This document shows positions 25,319-36,443 of a DNA stretch of 64,000 bases, piece after piece. Numbering within the stretch: position 1 is the first letter of the stretch; each line of letters opens with the position of its first letter. The position numbers and the translations under genes were made by a program. The DNA is from Sporopachydermia quercuum (lineage: Eukaryota). The notes beneath the pieces were generated by a model. The model made no database searches. It was not told the DNA's origin and worked only from the letters and a program-made list of their open reading frames with translations. The stretch lies in assembly GCA_001599295.1 (NCBI GenBank), contig BCGN01000007.1, positions 260,433 through 324,432 on the forward strand. The letters are read 5' to 3'.

Positions 25319-26608
25319 TCATTTGAAATCTCTTCTTCCATTGAAGTTTCTTCTAAAGTTATTAACATTTCCAACGTTTTTGCGTCTCTTTCTCTCATCA
25401 ATAATCAATTTATGTCCATTGGGACCAACGGCTACTTCACCAGCATTCAAAGCTCTCCGCATTGACTCAGCATCGATATAATCAACATAAATGCATTTAT
25501 CAGGAACGATTTGGAAATGAGTAACAGTACCAAATGTTTCTAAAGCCTGTCTCATATCGGCAGGATTCAAATCAGAAGAGATGTTTTTAACATAAACCGA
25601 ATGATAGATCTTTTGAATTGGACTGTTGAAAGCAGCAGGCGGGGGAGAAACCAAATTAGGCTGGAATTGTTGAGGAATATGCTGGAATTGGCCTGGTTGT
25701 GGATGAGGGGGGATGGGTGAATTAAGTTGTGGTTGAGGAATAGCAGGTGGCATACCACCGTTAGCTAAAGCAGGAGGAACACCACCGGCGACAGCAGGAT
25801 GGATGGCATTGGGAATAGGTTGCANATGAGGTGCAGCTCCTGAGGCCCTAGCAGCCCAAGTCATTGGAGGTGGAGGAATCACTGGTTTAACATTAATAGG
25901 TAAGTCCTTTTTGATATCAGGGACAACAGGATTAACAGGTATACTCGATGTGGAGAAAGCGTTAGCAGCAGAAGGGCTGGGTTCGCCCTCTGCAACTGAT
26001 TTTGGTTCTTCAGCATTAGCAGTACTTGCATTACTGCTAGAGACATTTCCAGATGATTCGACACCTGCAACAGGTTCTTCTTTTGATTCAGAATCAGCAC
26101 CAGCAACAGGAGCGGCTTCAACGATGGTCTTGCTAACAACTTCATCTTCGTATTGAGATTCATCATACTCGATAGGCTCGTCTTTCAGGAAACAAAGCAT
26201 ATCATTAAGAATGAAGTAGCTAGTAGGACCTTGAGGAGCTAAAACAAAAGTTTGAACGAACTTCTTTGCTTCTTCATAATTCACTGACATTTCACCAAAG
26301 ACGTTAACCAAAATTGAGTCTCTACTTGGTTGAAATTGTGCCTGAGAAATAACAATCTTACAGTCTTTGAAGTTCCCAGCTTCAATGGCCTTTTTAACTT
26401 CATTAATACCATGGAATGTAGATGCATTTTCTCCTTCTTCACCATGATATAAAGTAGACTCTTCAGAATAAAACAAAGGAATCTTCTCGGAATCAGTATT
26501 CAACTTGGTATAATACTCTTCAATAAAAGCCCATCCAATATCTTCAATTGCTTTCGAAGTACCAGCGGGTTTGCCACTAGCAGGTTTCTCGCTTGTAGCT
26601 CCAGACAT
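25319..26608 (-). CDS. BRE5: NTF2 + Pro-rich + RRM protein, G3BP/Bre5/Nxt3 family
   Basis: NTF2 (IGWAFIEEYY...KFVQTFVLAPQ...YFILND), C-terminal RRM (SVYVKNI...CIYVDY) and basic tail. Lies next to POP2 as in S. cerevisiae. Confidence 0.9.
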   Translation of the reverse strand: MSGATSEKPASGKPAGTSKAIEDIGWAFIEEYYTKLNTDSEKIPLFYSEESTLYHGEEGENASTFHGINEVKKAIEAGNFKDCKIVISQAQFQPSRDSILVNVFGEMSVNYEEAKKFVQTFVLAPQGPTSYFILNDMLCFLKDEPIEYDESQYEDEVVSKTIVEAAPVAGADSESKEEPVAGVESSGNVSSSNASTANAEEPKSVAEGEPSPSAANAFSTSSIPVNPVVPDIKKDLPINVKPVIPPPPMTWAARASGAAPHXQPIPNAIHPAVAGGVPPALANGGMPPAIPQPQLNSPIPPHPQPGQFQHIPQQFQPNLVSPPPAAFNSPIQKIYHSVYVKNISSDLNPADMRQALETFGTVTHFQIVPDKCIYVDYIDAESMRRALNAGEVAVGPNGHKLIIDERKRRKNVGNVNNFRRNFNGRRDFK

Positions 26609-28223
26609 TCTTTAATGTGCCCCTAATTAAAATATTCTTTATATCTTTCTTCAGGAGTCTTCTTTTTTAGCTGTAACGAACAATTCAACGTTAACAGCAC
26701 TAATAAACAAAAAAAGTAGTTGGAAAAAAGCTATTTAGACTAATTAAGACTGTCAATGACATTCAATTCAATGTCCTTTCAACAAGCCAAATAACCAGCG
26801 AATCAATGCAAATAACAATGAACCAAGCCTCTCAGCAAAACCAGCTGTTTCAACTCTCAATCTTTAGGTTCTTATTCAAATACTATCCAATAGAAACACA
26901 GATCTCAATGCATTCTACTAACAAAGTCGATCAAAATACCAACGGATAGTAATTTAACAAAGAGCTGAAAATATGATTGATGATTCCTTCAACTGCACCT
27001 TCAAGTACAACTTCAACTATNAAAGTATTCAATCCAATCCAATTACTTATTTCACCGGCTTTGAATTAGGAATCCTTTGGAATTATGAATAATCAGACTC
27101 CAGAATACTGCGATTAGTATGTTTTATATATTGAGAACAGTAGTTCTTTGTTTCTTCACCTCTTTGCTGGTTGATTGAATGATTTGGTATCTGCACTTTT
27201 GATTCCTTTAATTGTTCGTGTTTGGGTGACAAAATTTCCAGTTTTTTGGTTCACAAGCGGTAAGAGTTTGAAATTACCCTATTAGTGAAGCTTATATGAT
27301 TCTCTGTTGGTGATGTACGAGATGAGATGTGAAGTAGGACTAAGGTCGAACGGAGGGCAATATGGGGGAGGTGAATGGGTATNCAAGTGGAGATAATTCT
27401 CCGTTTGGGTCAAGTAATGAGGATTATATTCGTATGGTATTGGAGAATGGGATGAGGAAGAAATGTGCTGAGATTTAGTTACTGCTGGCTCTCTTGATGG
27501 GTGATTGGAGAGAGCACGGAGATTCGATAGGACAGGTTGATAGGTAGTTTGTGATTATGTAATCTGAAATAAATTGCTCGGTCAGCATTATGATAAAAAT
27601 GTTGGAGATTGATGCTAAAACTTAGAGAATCTAGTAGTGGTGTTGGTTGGGGCCCCTCATACTTAAATTGTGATAAAAGGTTTATATTGAATGAAGTTTA
27701 TAAAGACTACAATTTCAATGAAAACAGAAAAACTTTNATGACGGCGATGCAGCCTTCATGCAAAGTTAATGTATCTACATGAATTATTGAATCCCACTAC
27801 CTAACTGATGAATCACAAAATTACTTCCGGTTCTTACCACAACATATGCGCATCAAAGTTACTTTGAAGACTCCCGTTATTCTCACTATATCAAGATTCA
27901 AATACTTACACCACTTTNTTTGATAGTAGTAAGGGCATAAGTGACATAGATACCACCAACGCTATGATTCATAATCTTCTCTCAGATGCTTTCATATACA
28001 AACTGTACTTCTTCATGTGCTCCAATGCACAATGTACATATACCTACAGATCGAATACTCAATCTTATAAGTAGTATTACATTGATTAGTAAAATAAAAC
28101 AGCATTAAATAACGGAGAACCCAGATAATGACAATTAATTAATACCGTGTATAGAAAAGAAATCATCATCAAATTCTNTAAACTGACTGCTTATAGATAA
28201 ACGTACCATACAACTACAATCTC

Positions 28224-29394
28224 TCATTTACCTCCAGTAAGATGTCTTGACCCCTCTCCGTTACTATCAGCGTCTGAGTTATTTGCCAATTGAGAACCAG
28301 AAGCTTTTGAAGCTCCATCATCAATNTCAACAGACGAAATACCGTCTAATCCAAATATTTTTGTATCGAACGTTTTCGTGAAATCTTCTCCTAAATCCAA
28401 CCTCAACAGCTCAAAGAAACAAGCTCCTGTAAGTAGTGATTGCCCGCCAGCTTTCTGAGATAGAGGCAAAGCAGCAATTCCAGGAATTGCAGCTAATTCA
28501 GGATTGAAGAATGCCAAACTTGAAGGAATCTTCAATTCATCGGATAATTCATCAACACCTCCTTTGAACGTTGCCCTAAGGGTTCTTGATATATATTTGA
28601 CGTCATAGTGCGAAGGGAATAGCTTCTTGACCCACCATAAAAACTTCTCTTCTTGAGCCGGTAGTTCTCTATTGATCAATAAAGAAGTTAAAAAGCCATA
28701 ATCATATCCACCATGAAAGCTGATCCAGCTTACTTGGTCTAACAGTAATAAGCCTGAGTCATACAAAAATTGGGCAAACTCTAGTTTCTCAATACCAAAC
28801 TCTTTACTGCGTTGAAAATCAAATCCGATTCTTCTTAATGCTTCAATAGATTCTGCAGCAAACATTTCTTCTTCTATATCAAATTTGAAGTTGAACTGCC
28901 ACGCATTTGGTGACCCTTCTGGCCTATTACCATTGACATCCCATAGTGTAAGACCCAGCTGAACAATATTGACCAAATCTGCATTACATCTCATTGTTTG
29001 ATAATGATAATCTGAAGTAGATTTGAACTCACCTATAGGTCTTGCAATGATACCAGGTAACTCTGTGCTGACAGAAATGTACCTGCACTTTGGAATAAAG
29101 CTTCTTATGGATTCGAGTTCAGAGCGTAAGTTATAAGAATAAACGTCTCTAAACAAAGTCTGGCTGATATTATTCAATGATTGGTAGTTTCTCATCATTC
29201 CCATTGAATTCCCTTGCATTAGATTAGGGGTTTCACTTCTCGCGCCTGTCATAAATAAGTTATTGCCGGCACCAGCAACAGCGGCAGCATTGCCTAGACC
29301 AATTCCCATACCAGCGTTGTTACCAGTCATCAGACCAGTAGGGATTCCTCCCTGCATATACCCTGACGCCAGCTGTGGTGACGCGATTAGATGT

Positions 29395-29434
<40 letters not shown>

Positions 29435-29457
29435 GCTGTTGTTGCTGCTGTTGTTGC

Positions 29458-29508
<51 letters not shown>

Positions 29509-29744
29509 CTTACTTGTGCTTGATGGATGGGCTCTCCCGATTGTTGTGATTGGTTATACAAAGCTTCCATTAACGCTGCACTATGAGAAGAGTCTCCTGC
29601 AACATTATTGGGCATGCCACCAGGTCCTTGAGGACCCGTGCCCATCTGAATCCCGACAGGACCTCCCATATGATTCACATTGACGTTAACATTGTTCATG
29701 TTATCCGTTAGAGGGTACGAACCATTACCTTGCATTTGCATCAT
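28224..29744 (-). CDS. POP2: CCR4-NOT deadenylase subunit Pop2/Caf1 with Q/N/G-rich N-terminus
   Basis: RYISVSTELPGIIARPIG; DYHYQTMRCN; WQFNFKFD; WISFHGGYDYGFL. Confidence 0.96.
29394..29507 (-). repeat. CAA/CAG trinucleotide repeat encoding 38 consecutive Gln in Pop2
   Basis: 114 nt of (TTG/CTG)n on the + strand between an Arg codon (29508-10) and a His codon (29391-93). Confidence 0.97.
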
Positions 29745-31328
29745 TTCTTGTTGTTATTATATGCGTACTGTTTGAGTGAAGACAGTATGCCAGTTGAATT
29801 GTAATTTTAGTTAGTTGACTAGTTAATACGTGCTTCCTTATGTAATTATTGTTGATAAATCTAATATACCGATAGATAGATTCTGTATATGTATAGTTAT
29901 ATGTAGCGAAACAAGTAAATCAAACTAGAAGTCTGTTGAATATTTTCATAGCTGACAACGTTTGCTAACAATTGAGACTTAATAAGAAAACCAAACCTCG
30001 CGCCGTTCTTGTATATCTATAATACTACNCAATTGAGACAGAATTTAGTAGAATAATAAAAGGCACTTGTTGATAATAAGTTCGCTTGCACTTGTAACTG
30101 ACAATACCCAATATTTGGTTTGGGTATATAACAGTCTCAGCTGATGATGAGATTCTAAAGCAAAATCCTATAAATATTTGTAGCGTTGCTTGCAGAATTG
30201 AAAGTTCTATTAATAANAAGATATCAAATTCAGCTCAGTATATGATCGAATACACCTTTCTCTCTGCCTGCCGCTGCTATATGTTATGCGGTACTGGAGC
30301 AACTAGCGTTAAGAGAATGTAGATATAAGCAGANACTGGTAATCTATTGAACACAGGATTTGAACAAAAAACTGGAATCAGCAAGATAATAGTCGTTTAT
30401 NCTTTAATTCACTACCCAGTAAACTTCTTTGCTATAGAATGTCTTTTTGTCAATTCTCTCATGCGCTTCNCAGTTGATAGAATGATATTTGGGGAGAAAA
30501 ATTAAAGGAACAAAATATGTTTGGGAGTAGAAGATGTTGATGATTTCCGGAATTCACTATGGCGGAAGATAAAAAATGGGATTACCTTCAAACACCGGAA
30601 ACTATGTAAACAATATGCATAATGGTGTATAGTAATGCACATTGCATACACGAACTGTAATTGATTCAAATTTATTTACCTGGTAGTTCAACCTAATCAT
30701 GAAAGAACATAATGAATAAATAACTGATCAAGCATTACAATAAATGCTTTCAATTTCTATATAAAGCAAACATTAAATGCCAAAGTAAGAACGAATAGTG
30801 AACATGCTGAACAGAGGACATTGATATGTTTGAGCAGACTTGTGAACTGATAAGAAAGATCAGGTAACATTACAGTGAGATATGACGATCAATAGCTGAG
30901 AAATGAAAGAAAAAAAGAAAGCAANATGAATCAAAATCGTTTGGTCTTCAGTATTTTATTGTGAGTGTCTGAAGCAGCAAGTGTATTGAAAAATGGAATG
31001 CTGCCTGTATCCGGTGAATATCATATCGTTCCCTTGAGTCTCTCTACACTCTGAGTGTATATCCCATAAATGGTGTTGTACAGTATAGAGTATAGTATAG
31101 TATCGCTGTATTTAAAACCAACCCAACCCGAATTAAATATATATAACGTTTTCAATATAAAAATATATATAATGATGACAATCAAATGGTAACATCAGTA
31201 GTATCCTTGATCTAGGCACAATGTAAAAACAGTGATTCATTCTAGCTAATGCATTCTGTTTATAACGTTACAACAATTCATCAATAAACTTCTGAAGCTT
31301 TACATTGCTTTNAATTCATTCATTCTAT

Positions 31329-33532
31329 CTAATCTTCAATCCCATCCCATTCTTCTTCCTTTTCACCTTCGACTCGACCTTCTCCTTCTTCCGAGACCTC
31401 ATCCTCATCCTTTTCGTCGTCACTCTGCTCTTTTTCAGCCTCTGTATCATTCTTCTCAGTTTCATTTTCATTTTCATTGGATTCACTATCTTCATTACCA
31501 CCGTTATTTGGTGGAGGAACAAACCATGGAATCTTTCCTCTATTGAAATCATTCAATATTTGCTTGGCAACACCACTCTCATCCGGTTCACCACCTTTCA
31601 ATAATCGACCTTGTTTTCTGGCCAAAAGTTCTAGAAATGTCCCAGCAGATGTCCATCCTGAGATCTCATACGTTCGCTCTAAATGCTTTCTTTCACATCT
31701 TCTCAATAAAGCAGGTATAAACTGTTCAGGATGTGAGACATGCTCAACTCTAACGACACCACGGAACAAAATATCTTCTTCAGTATCCTTAGTACTGGGA
31801 GGGACAATACCAGGACAGTCAATCAAGAAAATCCTTTTCATGAGAGTGATGTATTGCCATACTTTCGTTTCACCAGGAATAGGTGCAACGTTACACACTT
31901 TCTTTTTCCTTAGGGTGTTGATGATAGATGATTTACCAGTATTAGGATATCCAACAAATCCAACAGATATTTGTTTTCTATCAGAGTGTAACGATGAGAA
32001 CTGTCTTAATAATTGAATTAATGAACCTTTACCAAAAGAATTAGTGATAGAAGCATGGAATGCTAGAGTAGGATACTCTTTGGATAAATGCTTAATCCAG
32101 GCAGCCTTAAAAACCCAACAGTTAGTAATCGTTGAACAGAAGAAAGGAAAATAAGAAAGAAGGCAAAAAAAAGAGAATAATGAAGATTAAACAAAGCAAA
32201 AAGAATGATAGGAAAGAAGATTCAATGAATAAACAGGGTGGATGTATTGTTAGGGGTAACAGATAATTTGATAGTACTATCATACAATCATATACTCCGA
32301 TCCACCCCTATTGCTATCATCCGACGAGATGACATCAGCAAATACCAATAATCTGATCAAACCGACGACCAAACAACTAATTCAATCAATAGATGATATG
32401 TTGGTCTCTTTACTACGAAGATGAAAACAAGTGCCAACTAACTCAACAACTTCACCTTCAACTCTTAAGAGATTAAGCTAATCATTCTCAGGAAGACACT
32501 CAAAACGAGGCCTTTAAAAGCGAGATTGATATTATTCTTCCAAAATTGTAACAGACTTCTTCTTATTGAATATTATGACTTGACGTCAAAGAAGAGACTT
32601 GACTTAAACTTTGGGTCCGATTAAAGAGTTGAGAAAAGAAAGAATATAAAAGGAAAGGAATAACAAGAGAAACATAGGAAAAATATTCAGATTTTTAATC
32701 AAATAACACTTACTGCAACCCAAGTAGGTACCAAATCACATTTGTTCAAGACAAATATCAAATGCTTATGAGGAGCTTCCTTCTGAATATATTGCTCGAT
32801 AGCTCTACATCTTGTACCTAAAGGATCCCTTGCATCTAAAACATGAATAACAACATCAGATGAATCAACCACTTTGTACAATTCGTTCCAAATTCTCTTT
32901 GATTGACCTTTATTGAAAATAGCTTCTTTTGCCTCGTTACTCCAACCGTCGTTACCGTTATCAATATCAGTAGTGAGAAGGCCTGCTTCGATTTGATTCT
33001 GCCTTTTGTCTTCATATTTCGTGTGAGTCTCATTTGTCGATGCAATCAATTCATCAAAATTGGAAGCAGCTAAACGGGGCTTCTTTCTTTGAGCTTTTGG
33101 CCCAAATGTTGATTCAAAAGATTCAGTTTCAAGAATCCGAACTGTAGGAGACGTTGTTGAATTACCTGCTCCTTCATTAATAAGAGACAATGGTAGTTTG
33201 TTTCTTTTTAACAGCACCTGGTATGAATCATTGACTTTTGATCCTAGAGCCTCTCGGAAATGGCTAAGAGCATCTTGAGTAATAACGCGAGTGTTACCAA
33301 ACCATCTTCTATCTGGGGCGACACGAGCATTTGGAATATCAGTTGATTGGAAAGTAGCGCTTTGGACAATGTCACCTTTAGCATTTCGTACTGCTCTACC
33401 TTCTTTATACATGGAAAGCTTTTTTATCTTTTTAGCATCTCGATAGAAATTTTCACCTTTCACACGTAAATTTCCATCGCGAGAATCTCCTTCTCGGACT
33501 CTTCTTTGCTTTTCCTTTTTACCTGTACCCAT
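31329..33532 (-). CDS. NOG2: Nucleolar GTPase Nog2, about 531 aa; exons 32714-33532 and 31329-32105, 608-nt intron 32106-32713
   Basis: MGTGKKEK...[16 protein letters not shown]; spliced [32 protein letters not shown]. Intron GTAAGT...TACTAAC...AAG. Confidence 0.97.
32396..32617 (-). ncRNA. SNR191: Intron-encoded H/ACA snoRNA snR191/U19, guiding two pseudouridines in LSU rRNA helix 69
   Basis: Minus strand. Hairpin 1 has pocket AGUCA...GUUAC with H box AGAAUA 14 nt later. Hairpin 2 has pocket GAGU...UAGU with ACA 14 nt later, then 3 nt. Both pockets complement rRNA GUAACUAUGACUC. The NOG2 intron is the known host in S. cerevisiae. Confidence 0.88.
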
Positions 33533-33978
33533 TATGATATTATGTAGATTGGCTAGAAATGCTAAGAACGATATGTGTAAGCAGATTACTATACTAGCTA
33601 GGCTATTTGTTTCTAAATGAAAAGCTGTGGAAACAATAAATACTTTGTANAAAATACAATGTAGAAATAAAATACTTCTAGAGTATCAATTCGAAGTGAT
33701 CAAATCACAATCTTTCAATTAATTACCTTAATACCTTCTTTTATTGGTACTAGGTTGCATAGATATGTGTCTAGGAGATAAACCAGTATCAATACGAGCA
33801 TATGGATGATGATCAATTGTAGGAATGAACAAATCAAGTATATAATATTTGGTATTGTTTAGACGTACAATTGAGATTAGTGGAACACCAAGTTTTATCC
33901 GGCTGATTAAAGGTAATCAGAGCTGTTGATCAACCATTTATATTCTGTTTGTTTTCACAAGAGAAGGAAGGGAATAGT

Positions 33979-33989
33979 TGAAAAATTTT
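33979..33989. promoter_or_regulatory. RRPE element upstream of the ribosome-biogenesis gene NOG2
   Basis: Exact TGAAAAATTTT about 450 bp upstream of the NOG2 ATG. Confidence 0.65.
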
Positions 33990-36443
33990 TAGGCTTTGAA
34001 AAGAAGAAAAAATTAATATTATGGCAAAGAAAGCGGAGATCATAGAACAGTGAGGGTTGAATATAATTTCCGGAATTGGCTTGAATGAATTGGAAAAGGT
34101 ATGGGGTGTATCTGGAGATATAGAGAAAGAATGATGATGTAAACATTGTTAAATTATACAGTGAGTTTGCATAACACCTTATTGATGTCAAATTGGTTGA
34201 GGAGTGGATTGTATAGACTCCATGACGATGGGGAAGGCGATGGGGAAGGAAAGAGCTGGTTTTACCTTTCTGTTTTGCAATATTGACAGTTTGAACTAAA
34301 TAGGTCTTGAAGAGAGGTGAATACATAAAAAAAGAAAAAATTACTTCCTTTACACCCCATTAAGATCGGAAATATTTGTAAACTTAATGTTGAGTTGCGA
34401 AAAACTTAGATCCCGTAGAAAAAACTTTATCACTATTGGTGATCATAAGCCCCAAAACGAAAATCAATTGACTACCAAATAACTATCCAAGTAACTCATA
34501 ACGGAGCTGAACTATTTGTGTTCATTAATATCTCGTTAGTTTGTTAATGGTTAGAAAACCCGTATAATTTTTAATACGTTTTTTTCATGTAATCCTTTGG
34601 TCCAACTAAATGGCGTGTAGAATTTCTGCCCACCTTGCAGACTAATTTCACGGCATTTGCCGTTCCCTCTCCAAAAATTAACTCTTGCAAGAAATCTAAC
34701 TAGCTCTATTTTTCCCACATTTAGTACNAATGATATAATGAATACCATTATATTTATTTCCTTAACTTTCCCTCCCATATTTCATTATTTTATCACTTTG
34801 TTGAATCCACTCAAATTATTAACTGTTCTGGTGTTCTTAGGTGTGAAAAATAAAGTTCAACCTTAAATTATGCATATGACTACCTGTATTCAACCTTAAA
34901 AAGTACATATTTACTTATGCTATGCCGATATTCTTAANAAAAAGAATCTATCAAATGAGGCTGAAACTATCCCAACCGAGAATCTATTGATTACACATTC
35001 TTGGTGGTAACTCCGGTCTAACCAAAGTTCTGTTAATAACTGTACTTGGCTTTGGTCATAGTTTTCAGATACTTTTCTTGATGACCTTGTGACAGTGATA
35101 TATGACGTGAAGTGTAGGCAACGAACTTATCACTAATTAAGAAAGTAATCAAACCCCACATAGACAACCGCTAAAAGTAAAATAGTGAAATCTCAAGCAG
35201 CATATATCAGATTTTGCAACTATTGAAACGAAAATTCTACCTACCAGAGTAAGAATTCTAAACTTACATATAGTAGTTTTTATGTCATGCAGCCAAAGAT
35301 GGTAAATCCGATGGGTAGTTATCCGCCCTAAGAACCAAATTGTAAACTATTTGTTTCAAAGAACAGGATACTAAGTGAGAGACTCGAACAACGCGCTGCT
35401 GGCAGAAATATTAATCTTATTTATCAGAGAGTCACTTACAAGCGTAATATCTTCATATTAACTAACAAGTAATGCTCAAACTATTTATTAATCCTAGCTT
35501 CTCTAATTATATTAACTGTGCATGATTCGCTGGCGACACTCAATTATAAGGTTTAGCTGTCGCTTTTAGAGTTGAACTTAGTTTGTTCTCTTTCTTTTCA
35601 AGGAGCTTATTTAATGAGAAGCACTTCAAAGTTTAAATCCTTTTCACTGATACTCAGTAGTTTATTTCTCAAGCAATGAGCAACCAAAGACTTATTTGCC
35701 GATAAATATTGAATTCTTGTTCAACACTTTCCACCATTAAATACTTGCTTTGGCAGTGGTAGAGTTTCCAATTTTTCCAGCTTTACCTCAACTGTTCGCC
35801 ATACTTCCACGATCATGAACTTTCCTCAAACTATACAAAACCTTAAATGGGAATCGACATATTCTTGCATGTTCATGAAATTAAGCTAAAACCTTATGTG
35901 AAACTCTAGTTTTAGGTCGTCCAGGCAAATGCGTCTTTCCTGCTTCGCTATTAAACATTTTTACCAATGAGTGAAAAAGAACTGTTTATTATGGTATAAT
36001 TACTATATTCAAAGAGATTCTTTTATCAAAGCTTTCAGTCAAATTATTGCTATGCAACATCAATCAGAATTGAATTTAATTTGCTTTATTATTTTTTTTC
36101 TCCCACGTATTTGACTTTCTATCCTATAATATATATAATTAATGATGCCTACTTAATTACTATACATATCAAACTCCAGTTTGCTTTATGGAATGAATGG
36201 AAAGAAGGACTCGTTCACTATTTGCCTGCTATTCAAAACACATCAAACTTGTGCTGTGTCACTTTGAATATCCTAGTAATGAAAGGATTAAAACCTAGCA
36301 ACAATTCTTATACCTCTTATACTGTTGGATATAAAAGATAGATTGGTCAGTCAGTCGTCAATCGTCAGTTAGTTTAACTGTTACTTTCCAGTGGTCACAA
36401 CTGAAAAGTTTCCAATTAAACAGCATACAATAAAATCTCTACA

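Noticed and set aside
26670..27280. Possible 5'UTR intron of BRE5 (TGTTAAC...TACAG on the minus strand)
   Set aside because: Only weak GTAATT donors upstream, so it cannot be supported without transcripts.
29263..29683. Poly-Cys and poly-Val ORFs on the + strand
   Set aside because: Antisense shadows of the Pop2 polyQ repeat.
31305..32016. Short ORFs overlapping NOG2 exon 2, and similar antisense or alternate-frame ORFs inside other genes
   Set aside because: Fully overlap conserved genes and carry no recognisable motifs.
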